Of a stretch of DNA of 64,000 nucleotides, positions 54,271-64,000 are shown one piece after another. The stretch's first letter is position 1. Each line of letters starts with the position of its first letter. The notes below the pieces were generated by a model, which saw nothing but the letters and a program-made list of their open reading frames with translations, searched no databases and was not told the DNA's origin. The DNA lies in NCBI GenBank assembly GCA_963801165.1, contig CAWDDT010000006.1, positions 352,001-416,000 of the forward strand, read 5' to 3'. The DNA is from an uncultured bacterium (lineage in GTDB: Bacteria > Actinomycetota > Acidimicrobiia > Spongiisociales > UBA5794). A program made the position numbers and the translations under genes.

Positions 54271-55701
54271 ATGAGACGCAACTGGAGTGGCGCTGGTTCG
54301 CGGACGTGGAGGTGGGCGACGCTGCTGCTGGCGCTCGGCCTCCTGTTTGCCGCGTGCGGCGGCGATGACAGTGGCTCGACGACAACGACAGCCGGAGAGA
54401 ATGGCGGTGGAACGACGACCACGGCGGGCGGCGATACGTCCAACGTGACACTCAAGGTCGCCATCGTGGACAATCCGCAGATGCAAGACATCGCAACGCT
54501 CACCCCCGACTACTTCACGGCGCAAAGTGGTATCAATATCGAGTACACGGTTCTCGACGAGCAAACGCTACGTGAGGTGACAACCCGCGATGTCGGCGCC
54601 GGCGGCCAGCAGTTCGACGTGGTCATGATCGGTATGTACGAGGCACCTCAGTTCGGTGAGAACGGGTGGCTGTACGATCTCGACAAATGGGCCGTCGACG
54701 ATGCTGCATACAACAAGGGCGACCTCATCCCTGCGGTCGTTTCCGGTCTTTCGACAGACACCGGGTTCTGGGCTTCGCCGTTCTATGCCGAGTCATCGTT
54801 CACGATGTATCGCAAGGACGTGCTCGACGCTGCCGGCATCACCATGCCCGACGAGCCGACGTGGGATGACATAGCCAGCATCGCAGCGCAGGTAGATAGC
54901 GACCAGATGGCCGGTATCTGCTTGCGAGGCAAGCCTGGATGGGGCGACCTCGGGGCAGCTTTCACCACGGTACTCAATACCTTTGGTGGCACGTGGTGGC
55001 TCGCCAACGCCGACGGCTCCATCGGAGCGGCTCAGGTGGATCAGCCCGCGTTCAAGGACGCCCTCACGTTCTACGTGAATCTCGTCGACAGCTACGGCGA
55101 GGACGATGCGGCCAACTCGAGCTTCAACGAATGCTTGACTCAGTTCAAGGACGGCAAGGTTGCCATGTGGTACGACGCCACCGTGGCCGCCGGTCTGCTC
55201 GAGGCCAACGACAGCCCGGTCAAGGGTCTCAACGGCTATGCCCTGGCTCCGGTCAAGGAGACTGCCGCCTCTGGTTGGCTGTGGTCATGGGCCCTGGCAA
55301 TCCCGCAGACCTCGTCGAACCCCGACGCTGCGTGGAAGTACGTGAGTTGGGCAACCGGCCCGGACTATCTCGTCACCGCAGGCGAGAACCTGCCCGGTGG
55401 CTGGGCTGCGGTCCCGCCGGGGACCCGGCAGTCGCTCTACGCAAACCCGAACTACCAGGAGGCTGCGTCGGCGTTCGCCCAGAAGACGCTGGATGCGATG
55501 TTGGCGGCACCGATTGACAGTCCCGGAACCACACCGCGGCCCGGTCTCCCTGGAGTCCAATTCGTAGGTGTTCCTGAGTTCCAGGACACTGGTACCCGTT
55601 GCACCGAGCAGTTCTCGGCGGCGATCGCGGGCAACATCAGCATCGACGATGCGCTTAGCGCCTGTCAGGCGATCGCCTCTGAGTACAGCACCGGCGGGTA
55701 G
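54271..55701 (+). CDS. Polyol/sugar ABC substrate-binding lipoprotein (SmoE/MtlE-like)
   Basis: Lipobox FAAC, PFYAESS, GICLRGKPGWG, MWYDATVAA, WLWSWAL. Confidence 0.9.
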   Translation: MRRNWSGAGSRTWRWATLLLALGLLFAACGGDDSGSTTTTAGENGGGTTTTAGGDTSNVTLKVAIVDNPQMQDIATLTPDYFTAQSGINIEYTVLDEQTLREVTTRDVGAGGQQFDVVMIGMYEAPQFGENGWLYDLDKWAVDDAAYNKGDLIPAVVSGLSTDTGFWASPFYAESSFTMYRKDVLDAAGITMPDEPTWDDIASIAAQVDSDQMAGICLRGKPGWGDLGAAFTTVLNTFGGTWWLANADGSIGAAQVDQPAFKDALTFYVNLVDSYGEDDAANSSFNECLTQFKDGKVAMWYDATVAAGLLEANDSPVKGLNGYALAPVKETAASGWLWSWALAIPQTSSNPDAAWKYVSWATGPDYLVTAGENLPGGWAAVPPGTRQSLYANPNYQEAASAFAQKTLDAMLAAPIDSPGTTPRPGLPGVQFVGVPEFQDTGTRCTEQFSAAIAGNISIDDALSACQAIASEYSTGG

Positions 55702-55760
55702 GCGATCGAGCGCATAGATTGAGAAGCTAGGGAACTAGCACGCGGATTAGGAGGAGAGCC

Positions 55761-56690
55761 GTGGAGCAGAACGTGGAGACGCAGATAGCCGACCGCGCCG
55801 CAGCGCACAAGGCGCGCGTACGCAAGGACCGTTGGATACGTCGTCTGCCTCTGCTCCCGGCTCTCATCTTCACCATCGTCATCACGCAAATCCCGTTCGT
55901 GATGAACATATGGTTCAGCCTGACGGAGTGGAAGATCACGCCGCCCGTCCCCCGCGCCTGGACCGGCCTCAGCAACTACGCGACTCTTTTCACCAATACG
56001 TTCTTCCGGTCGGCGGTGTGGGTGACCGCCCTCATGACGGTGGCGGCGGTGGTGCTCTCCGTGCTGCTCGGGCTCGGGATTGCCATGCTCCTCGACCGTG
56101 AGTTCTTCGGGCGGAGTGTCGTCCGTACCCTCCTCATCACCCCATTCCTCATCATGCCCGTGGTAGCGGGTCTCATCTGGAAGGACCAGATCTTCCACTC
56201 TCTCTACGGTGTTCTCAACTGGATACTCACGACCGTCGGTTTCCACTCCATCGCGTTTGTCTCCAAGATGCCCACCTGGTCGATCATCACCGTTCTCGTC
56301 TGGCAGTGGACACCGTTCATGATGCTGATCATCCTCGCCGGCCTGCAGAGCCAGCCCCAGGACATACTCGAGGCGGCTCGCGTCGACGGCGCTTCAGCGT
56401 GGGGGCTCTTCCGAAACATCACCCTGCCCGGTTTGCGACCCTACCTGGAACTGGGCGCACTGCTCGGCTCCATCTACCTCATCCAGGTCTTCGACCACAT
56501 CAAGGTGATGACCGGCGGCGGCCCCGGGTCTACGAACGTTCCCTACTTCGTCTATCAGCGCTCGATAGGCGGCGGTTGGGACTTTGGGCAGGCCGCGGCG
56601 TACAGCACCGTCGTCGTCGTCGCAACAATCATCCTTGCCACATACGGGCTGAGGCTCCTCGGTGGCCTGCTGCCCAAGGAGGAGGGATAG
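55761..56690 (+). CDS. Carbohydrate ABC permease
   Basis: WQWTPF, EAARVDGA loop, MTGGGPG. Confidence 0.93.
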   Translation: MEQNVETQIADRAAAHKARVRKDRWIRRLPLLPALIFTIVITQIPFVMNIWFSLTEWKITPPVPRAWTGLSNYATLFTNTFFRSAVWVTALMTVAAVVLSVLLGLGIAMLLDREFFGRSVVRTLLITPFLIMPVVAGLIWKDQIFHSLYGVLNWILTTVGFHSIAFVSKMPTWSIITVLVWQWTPFMMLIILAGLQSQPQDILEAARVDGASAWGLFRNITLPGLRPYLELGALLGSIYLIQVFDHIKVMTGGGPGSTNVPYFVYQRSIGGGWDFGQAAAYSTVVVVATIILATYGLRLLGGLLPKEEG

Positions 56691-56691
56691 C

Positions 56692-57543
56692 ATGAAACGC
56701 ACCGAACGCAAGATCGGCGAGCGCCGCTCGACATCAATCATCCTTTCCATATCGGCGTGGCTGGTCGGACTCATCTTCTTCTTTCCCGTGTTCTGGATGG
56801 TCCTGAACGGGTTCAAGACGGAGGCCGACGCCAACGCCTCCCCTAAGCTCTTCTTCACTCCCACCCTCGAGGAGTTTCGCCATGTCATGACACAGACCCA
56901 GGGTCTGCTCGGGTTCAAGGAAGCGCTGATGAACTCAGTCGTCATCGTCGGCGTATCGACCGTAGTGGTGATGATGCTGGCGGTCCCTGCCGCCTACGCC
57001 CTCTCGATTAGACCCGTCGAGAACTCCCGCGGGGTGCTGTTCTTCTTCATCTCCACCAAATTCCTCCCCATCGTCGCCGGGATTTTGCCCATTTGGATCA
57101 TCGCCAGGGATCTCAACATTCTCAACTCACGGCTGGTGCTCATCATCTTGTACATGGGATTCAACCTGCCGTTGGCCGTCTGGATGCTCAGGTCGTTCTT
57201 CAAGGAAGTCCCGGTGGCGCTGATCGAGGCCTCACAGATCGACGGCGCCAACTTACGCCAACAGATGACCCGGGTCATGTTGCCGATCGTCGCTCCCGGA
57301 ATAGCTGCGACAGCGCTGCTCGTCGTGATCTTTGCCTGGAACGAGTTTTTCCTCGCCGTGCAGCTCAATGCGGTCGACGGATCCACGGTTTCCATCTGGA
57401 TCACGACCTTCGTTAGTACTCGAGGCAATTTCCTCGCCAAACTCTCGGCTGCATCCACCCTGGCAACGCTCCCTGTGATCCTCGCCGGGTGGGCTGCCCA
57501 GAAACGTATGATCCGCGGTCTAGCTATGGGCGCCGTCAAGTGA
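56692..57543 (+). CDS. Carbohydrate ABC permease
   Basis: EASQIDGA loop, AWNEF, GLAMGAVK. Confidence 0.93.
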   Translation: MKRTERKIGERRSTSIILSISAWLVGLIFFFPVFWMVLNGFKTEADANASPKLFFTPTLEEFRHVMTQTQGLLGFKEALMNSVVIVGVSTVVVMMLAVPAAYALSIRPVENSRGVLFFFISTKFLPIVAGILPIWIIARDLNILNSRLVLIILYMGFNLPLAVWMLRSFFKEVPVALIEASQIDGANLRQQMTRVMLPIVAPGIAATALLVVIFAWNEFFLAVQLNAVDGSTVSIWITTFVSTRGNFLAKLSAASTLATLPVILAGWAAQKRMIRGLAMGAVK

Positions 57544-57667
57544 TTGCACCCCACCACCGCCAGGCGCTCCGCGCACCCGCCGTGTGCTCTCGGGGGCCCT
57601 CCTCCCTCACCGAGAGCACACCGCGGGGCGCGCATACGGTCTTCTCCGGTCTCGCGATGAGGGTTCT

Positions 57668-58471
57668 ATGAAGCCCGCCGGCCGGACAGCTCTGGTGACG
57701 GGCGCCGCGGGTCAGATCGGCGGCGCGGCCGCCGTCGCGCTGACCGGGGCCGGAGTCACGGTAGTTGCCGCCGACCACCCGGGCGCAGCGGAGCGCCTCG
57801 AGGCAACCGTAGACTCATGCCGCAACGCAGGCCCGGATGCATCGGCCCACCCTCTTCTGTTCGATGTCTCCGACCCCGCGGCAATCGAGGCGGCGCTCGC
57901 ATCCCTTCCGGCAGATATCGGCACGCCGGATCTCGTGTTCAACAACGCAGGGATTCAGGGCGCCTTCGCCCCCACCCATCGTTACCCGCTCGACGACGCT
58001 GCCGCGGTGATCAACGTCAACGTCATCGGCGCCCTCAACGTGATGACATGTGCAGCCGCGGCGATGGTCGCCGCCGGCACGGGCGGAGCGATCGTCAACA
58101 TGTCGTCGATGGCCGGGGTGACCGGAGCGCCAAACATGTTGGCCTACAGCACCTCGAAGGCGGCCATCATCGGGATGACCAAGAGCGCCGCAAAGGACCT
58201 GGCCCCGCACGGGATACGGGTCAACAGTGTTTCTCCGGCATTCATAGGCCCCGGTCCGATGTGGGAGCGCCAGATCGAGCAGCAGGCCGCAGCCGGAACT
58301 CAGTACTTCCCGTCCGATCCGGAGACAGTGGCCGAGATGATGATCGACATGATCCCGATGCGGCGCTACGGGGCCGTGACCGAAGTGATCGATGTCGTCC
58401 TCTGGCTGCTGTCGGACCGCGCCGGCTACGTAACAGGGGTCAACATTGAAGTGTCGGGTGGCTCGGCTTGA
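57668..58471 (+). CDS. SDR family oxidoreductase
   Basis: TGAAGQIG, NNAG, YSTSK, NSVSP. Confidence 0.93.
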   Translation: MKPAGRTALVTGAAGQIGGAAAVALTGAGVTVVAADHPGAAERLEATVDSCRNAGPDASAHPLLFDVSDPAAIEAALASLPADIGTPDLVFNNAGIQGAFAPTHRYPLDDAAAVINVNVIGALNVMTCAAAAMVAAGTGGAIVNMSSMAGVTGAPNMLAYSTSKAAIIGMTKSAAKDLAPHGIRVNSVSPAFIGPGPMWERQIEQQAAAGTQYFPSDPETVAEMMIDMIPMRRYGAVTEVIDVVLWLLSDRAGYVTGVNIEVSGGSA

Positions 58472-59427
58472 CGGTGTTGCGCCTCGGCGAGTCACCGGCG
58501 CCCGACACCCGGACGCATGCAAGACGGTCACGAGTGCGCGATGATGACCACATGGTGACACGCGATCTCGACTCGCTGATCGCCCGGGGCAACACTTCCG
58601 ATGTGTATCGCCGCGGCACGGACTCGGTCGTGAAGGTGCTCCGACCCGGTATCCCGGATGACTGGGCCGCCAGGGAAGCCAAGACCACTCAGCTCGTCCA
58701 TGCCGCCGGCCTACCCGCCCCCGAGGTCCTCGACCTGGTCACCATCAACGACCGCCCCGGCATCGTATTCCGCTGGGTAGAGGGCGTTTCGATGTGGGCG
58801 GAGATGCTCGAGCGCGTCGACGACGTTCCGCGTCTGAGCAGGCTCCTCGCCGAGCTCCAGGCCGAGATCGGCGCCACGCCTGCCCCTGACGGGATTCCCA
58901 CGCTGGTCGACCATCTCAGCGACAACGTGGCCCGCGCACCGCTGCTCTCCAGCACCGAACGCGAGATCGTTTACACCGAACTGCTCCGTCGGACCGGCGG
59001 CACAGCCCTGTGCCACTTCGACGTGCACCCGAACAACGTCCTGATGGCCGGGAAGCAGCCGATGATCATCGACTGGTTCGATGCCGCGGCGGGAAGCCCG
59101 GAGGCCGACATCGTCCGCTCGTCGGTGCTGATGAGACAGGACGCCGCCATCGGTCATCTTCCCTGCACCGATCCGTCGCTCATCGACTACGTGCACAGCT
59201 GTTACATCGCCACCGTGGCCAGCATCCGGGACATCGACACCGACGCGCTGCTGGAGTGGGAATCTCCCATCCTTGCCGGACGCCTCGCCGAGCCCATACA
59301 CGAAGCCATGCGCCAGACAACCTACCGCGCCTGGCGTGACCTGCAGGCTTCGCAGCCGACGCGGCTCACCACCAGCCTGGAATCCATCGGCAACCATCCC
59401 CGGGGATCGACAACGCAACCCCGGTAG
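58468..59427 (+). CDS. APH/choline kinase-like phosphotransferase
   Basis: RGNTSDVY, CHFDVHPNN, IIDW; true start may be ATG 58552. Confidence 0.85.
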   Translation: MTVLRLGESPAPDTRTHARRSRVRDDDHMVTRDLDSLIARGNTSDVYRRGTDSVVKVLRPGIPDDWAAREAKTTQLVHAAGLPAPEVLDLVTINDRPGIVFRWVEGVSMWAEMLERVDDVPRLSRLLAELQAEIGATPAPDGIPTLVDHLSDNVARAPLLSSTEREIVYTELLRRTGGTALCHFDVHPNNVLMAGKQPMIIDWFDAAAGSPEADIVRSSVLMRQDAAIGHLPCTDPSLIDYVHSCYIATVASIRDIDTDALLEWESPILAGRLAEPIHEAMRQTTYRAWRDLQASQPTRLTTSLESIGNHPRGSTTQPR

Positions 59428-59448
59428 GAGCTGCTGATTGCATGACCG

Positions 59449-60477
<1,029 letters not shown>

Positions 60478-60730
60478 GAGTGCTCTCCCTTGATCTGCGT
60501 CCAGGACACCGATGTTAGGGCGCCGACATCGTCCGTTGGGTGTGGCTCGCTGCGTGGTGGAAACGGACTCCTGATCGGCGAGAACCTGACGACGGCGCGC
60601 CTCCCATGGGTGGTCGGGACGCGGCGTGCGACGCCGCCGACACGCGGTGCCGCGTGAACAGTTGAGAATCCACACCCTCCGGGCCACGGGCCCGGCCCTT
60701 CGCCGAGTTTCGGGCCCGTCGAAAGTCAAA

Positions 60731-60753
60731 CGCCTCGGCCAAAGGCCGAGGCG
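60731..60753 (-). terminator. Terminator after tRNA-Leu
   Basis: CGCCTCGGCC-N3-GGCCGAGGCG followed by TTTGACTTT on minus strand. Confidence 0.75.
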
Positions 60754-60756
60754 CGG

Positions 60757-60841
60757 TGTCGGAGAGAAGACTCGAACTTCCACGAGCGATTAGCTCACTA
60801 GGCCCTCAACCTAGCGCGTCTACCAATTCCGCCACTCCGAC
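60757..60841 (-). tRNA. tRNA-Leu(GAG), CCA not encoded
   Basis: GTCGGAG/CTCCGAC acceptor stem, TGGTAGAC D-loop, CTAGG-TTGAGGG-CCTAG anticodon arm, long variable arm, GTTCGAG. Confidence 0.96.
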
Positions 60842-60923
60842 GTTCAGGGCTGCCAGAGTATAGCCAGGGCATCCCTTCAAGGAATCTCGCCATCCGCCCC
60901 TGTCGGGGGCTGTCATGCACCTT

Positions 60924-61997
60924 CTAGACAAGCTGGACGATCTCCGGGAAGTGACACGCCACCCAATGCCCCGTCTCCAGCTCGGTGAGCGGCGGCTCGT
61001 CGACGTCGCACTTGCCGGACTCTGCTTTGGGGCAGCGGGTGTTGAACCGGCAACCCGTCGGCGGGTTCGCCGGTGAAGGGATGTCGCCTTCGAGGATGAT
61101 CCGCTTCCGGCTCGCCTCAATGGCCGGATCCGGAATGGGCACCGCCGACAACAGCGCATGCGTGTACGGGTGCATGGGTCGGTCGTACAGCGTGTCACGG
61201 TCGGTCATCTCGACGATCTTTCCCAGATACATCACGGCGACCCGATCAGAGATGTGCCGCACCACCGACAGGTCGTGAGCGATGAATAGGTAGGTGAGGC
61301 CGTACTCGTCCTGGAGATCCTGCATCAGGTTGAGCACCTGGGCCTGGATCGAAACGTCGAGCGCAGACACGGGCTCGTCCAGGACCATGAACTGTGGCTT
61401 GAGCGCCAGCGCCCTGGCGACCCCAATTCGCTGTCTCTGCCCACCGGAGAACTCGTGTGGGTAGCGGTTGGTGTGCTCCGGGCTGAGCCCGACCACCTCG
61501 AGCAGATGCTTGACCCGCTCGACACGTTCCGCGGTGTTCCCGATCCCGTGCACCGTCATCGGCTCTGCGATGATGCTGGCCACCGTCATCCTCGGATTCA
61601 ACGAGGCATACGGATCCTGGAAGACGATCTGGAGCTCGCGCCGCAGCTCACGCAGCGTGTGCCGGTCGGCCGAGGCGATGTCGACAGGCTCATCGACCGT
61701 CCCATCGGCTGATTGACCCTGGAACCACACTTCGCCGGACGTCGGCTCCAGCAGACGCAGGATCGACCGCGCGGTTGTCGACTTACCACAGCCCGACTCC
61801 CCCACCAGGCCTACCGTCTCGCCACGCTTGACCTGAAAGGAAATGTCCGTGACAGCCTGGACCGCACCCACCCGCTTCTTGAAGAAGACACCCCGATTGA
61901 TCGGGAACTCTTTCACCAGATGATTGACCCTCAGGATCACGTCCTTCGGGATGTTCTGTGAGGTCGTGGTGTCTTCGCTGCGCAGGGTGTCGCTCAT
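60924..61997 (-). CDS. Oligopeptide/dipeptide ABC ATPase (OppF/DppF-like)
   Basis: [29 protein letters not shown]. Confidence 0.95.
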   Translation of the reverse strand: MSDTLRSEDTTTSQNIPKDVILRVNHLVKEFPINRGVFFKKRVGAVQAVTDISFQVKRGETVGLVGESGCGKSTTARSILRLLEPTSGEVWFQGQSADGTVDEPVDIASADRHTLRELRRELQIVFQDPYASLNPRMTVASIIAEPMTVHGIGNTAERVERVKHLLEVVGLSPEHTNRYPHEFSGGQRQRIGVARALALKPQFMVLDEPVSALDVSIQAQVLNLMQDLQDEYGLTYLFIAHDLSVVRHISDRVAVMYLGKIVEMTDRDTLYDRPMHPYTHALLSAVPIPDPAIEASRKRIILEGDIPSPANPPTGCRFNTRCPKAESGKCDVDEPPLTELETGHWVACHFPEIVQLV

Positions 61998-63004
61998 TTT
62001 GATGGCTCCATGGCCATTGTCTTGAGATCCAGCTCATCGGCCCTGTGGCAGGCAACCGTCTGTCCCTCCTGGCTCTGATGCAGGATCGGAAGCGCCTCGC
62101 GACAGATGTCCTGGGCAAAGTCACACCTCGGCGCAAACCGGCAGCCTTTTGGCGGGTTGATCAGCGAGGGCGGCGCCCCCCTGACCGAGTTCAGCCGATC
62201 CCGATGCGCCTCATCCAGGCGGGTCATCGAGCCGAGAAGACCCCATGTGTAGGGATGTTGCGGGTTGTGGAAGATCTCCTCGGCGGTGCCGCGCTCCACC
62301 AGGGCGCCGGCGTACATCACCTGGATGTTGTCGCAGAAACCTGCAACGACGCCAAGGTCGTGAGTGATCAGCAGGACCGCCGTGTTCCTCTCCTCGGCCA
62401 GCTCGAGCATCAGATTCATGATCTGAGCTTGCGTCGTCACGTCCAATGCGGTCGTCGGCTCGTCTGCGATGAGCAGTTTGGGGTCGCACGACAACCCCAT
62501 CGCGATCATCACCCGCTGCCGCATGCCACCCGAGAACTGGTGCGGATAATCCTGCATGGTGTCCTTGGCATGGGGGATGTGCACATCGGACAGAGTCTGG
62601 ATGGCAATGTCATAAGCCTCTGACTTCGAGACATCCTGGTGCAGCAGGATCGTCTCGACCAACTGGTCTCCGATGGTGTAGACCGGATTCAAAGCGGTCA
62701 TCGGATCCTGGAAGATCATCGCGATCTCGCCGCCTCGAACCTTCTGCATCTCGGCTTCGGTGAGCTGGAGCAGGTCACGCCCATCGAACATGATCGTTCC
62801 CGTGACGATCTCGCCGGCCGGTGGCTCGATCAGCCGCATGATCGACATGGCGGTGACCGACTTGCCGCAGCCGGACTCCCCCACTACCCCACGCCGCTCG
62901 CCGCGATTGACCTTGAACGAGACCCCATCGACGGCCTTGACGACACCTTCCTCAGTTGAGAAGTACGTCCTGAGATCCTCTACATCTAATAACGGTTCAG
63001 TCAC
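61994..63004 (-). CDS. Oligopeptide/dipeptide ABC ATPase (OppD/DppD-like)
   Basis: [26 protein letters not shown]. Confidence 0.95.
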   Translation of the reverse strand: MTEPLLDVEDLRTYFSTEEGVVKAVDGVSFKVNRGERRGVVGESGCGKSVTAMSIMRLIEPPAGEIVTGTIMFDGRDLLQLTEAEMQKVRGGEIAMIFQDPMTALNPVYTIGDQLVETILLHQDVSKSEAYDIAIQTLSDVHIPHAKDTMQDYPHQFSGGMRQRVMIAMGLSCDPKLLIADEPTTALDVTTQAQIMNLMLELAEERNTAVLLITHDLGVVAGFCDNIQVMYAGALVERGTAEEIFHNPQHPYTWGLLGSMTRLDEAHRDRLNSVRGAPPSLINPPKGCRFAPRCDFAQDICREALPILHQSQEGQTVACHRADELDLKTMAMEPSK

Positions 63005-63007
63005 TTC

Positions 63008-64000
63008 CTACTTCCGTTCAATCGTCTGCGTCGGGTCGAGCGCGTCACGGAGACCGTCTCCTATGAAGTTGATGGCGAGCACGGTCGAGATCAGGGCCCC
63101 CGCCGAGAACACGAGCTCCCACCAGTAGCCGCGAGGGGCGATTGCGGCCCCCGCGGCCGACATGCCACCCCACGTGGGAATCGGGGGACGGACACCGAAG
63201 CCGAGGAAGGACAGGGCCGCCTCGATGATGATGGCGACCCCGACTATCAGGGTCGTCTGCACGATGATCGGGCTGATCGCGTTGGGGAGGATGTGTCTGA
63301 AGATGATCCTACGGTCGTTCGCGCCGGCCGCCCGGGCCGCTTCCACGAACTCCTTCTCGCGAAGCGAGAGGAACTCGGCACGCACGATGCGGGCCAGACC
63401 CCCCCAACTCAGCACGCCGAGAAGTACGGCTATGCCCCAGGCACCCTCCTTCAAGAATCCGGGTAACAGCCGAAGCTCCGGGAGTACCCGCCCGACGACG
63501 ATGGCCACGGGCAGCAGAGGCAATCCCAGCACCAGGTCTGTGAAGCGCATCAGCGATTGGTCGACGACGCCGGGATAGAACCCGGCGACGGCACCGATAA
63601 CGGTACCCAGGATCGCCACAACCGCACCGACCACGATGCCGACGGCGAGGCTTGCCCGCCCACCGTGGATGACACGGGACAGCACATCACGGCCGATGTC
63701 GTCGGTGCCCATGGGCAAACCCGAGCGCGGCCCGACGCTGACCAGCACCCGGCCGTCGGCGCCGGGGAGCGTGTCGGCGTAGTGGTTGATATGCGGAAGG
63801 TTGAGGAGACCCCAACTCGAGACCAGGAACAATGCCGTTACCACCGCGACCAGAGAGAGCGCAATCGCTGTCCCTCTCAGCCGCCCTTTGAACGACCGGT
63901 ACGCGAGAAAGGCTGCGCCGGCCCCCACGATGATCATGATGACGGTTGTCCACCCGCTCATCTCGATCGGGCTGGATCCGCAGAACACGTCGTTCTTCGC
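63008..64000 (-). CDS. Peptide ABC permease (OppC-like), probably 5'-truncated by window
   Basis: [35 protein letters not shown]. Confidence 0.92.
   Translation of the reverse strand, partial: AKNDVFCGSSPIEMSGWTTVIMIIVGAGAAFLAYRSFKGRLRGTAIALSLVAVVTALFLVSSWGLLNLPHINHYADTLPGADGRVLVSVGPRSGLPMGTDDIGRDVLSRVIHGGRASLAVGIVVGAVVAILGTVIGAVAGFYPGVVDQSLMRFTDLVLGLPLLPVAIVVGRVLPELRLLPGFLKEGAWGIAVLLGVLSWGGLARIVRAEFLSLREKEFVEAARAAGANDRRIIFRHILPNAISPIIVQTTLIVGVAIIIEAALSFLGFGVRPPIPTWGGMSAAGAAIAPRGYWWELVFSAGALISTVLAINFIGDGLRDALDPTQTIERK

Noticed and set aside
52667-54451. Long N-terminal extensions in the ORF track (mannitol DH, rluB, fbaA, ispH, cmk)
   Set aside because: They run through promoters or neighbouring genes; downstream starts fit motifs and overlaps
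60478-60730. Riboswitch or ncRNA between tRNA-Leu and fbaA
   Set aside because: Only generic GC-rich hairpins; no family recognised, an Rfam scan would be needed
60757-60841. tRNA-Leu as island attachment site
   Set aside because: No adjacent integrase and no duplicated tRNA 3' end noticed by eye; fbaA is a core gene

Overview
GC-rich window of an actinobacterial chromosome, probably Acidimicrobiia (inferred from the Pup-proteasome locus, Cys-paired SLH repeats and gene order). In order it contains: (1) an IclR-linked operon of a non-pyrrolysine MttB methyltransferase, dimethylglycine dehydrogenase and a sarcosine oxidase-like enzyme; (2) a DUF222-HNH gene behind a PafBC-type promoter; (3) ispH facing the core tlyA-nadK-recN-pyrG-xerD-scpAB-rluB-aroA-cmk block; (4) tat/helY/ppm1 genes; (5) a complete arc-dop-pup-prcBA-pafA-pafBC locus with two independently punctuated insertions; (6) a small membrane protein cluster with trmI; (7) an envelope cluster (BON-OmpA plus microprotein, a 5x19-bp array, DivIVA-like, SLH-VanW, S8 protease with 3 PKD repeats); (8) a DeoR-linked polyol locus; (9) fbaA, tRNA-Leu(GAG) and a peptide ABC transporter. 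No CRISPR array, prophage or IS was seen. The best leads are the PafBC-promoter HNH element, the 19-bp array with its ArfAB-like pair, two microproteins missing from the ORF track, and operators read directly from sequence. All family calls come from motif recognition, not database searches.
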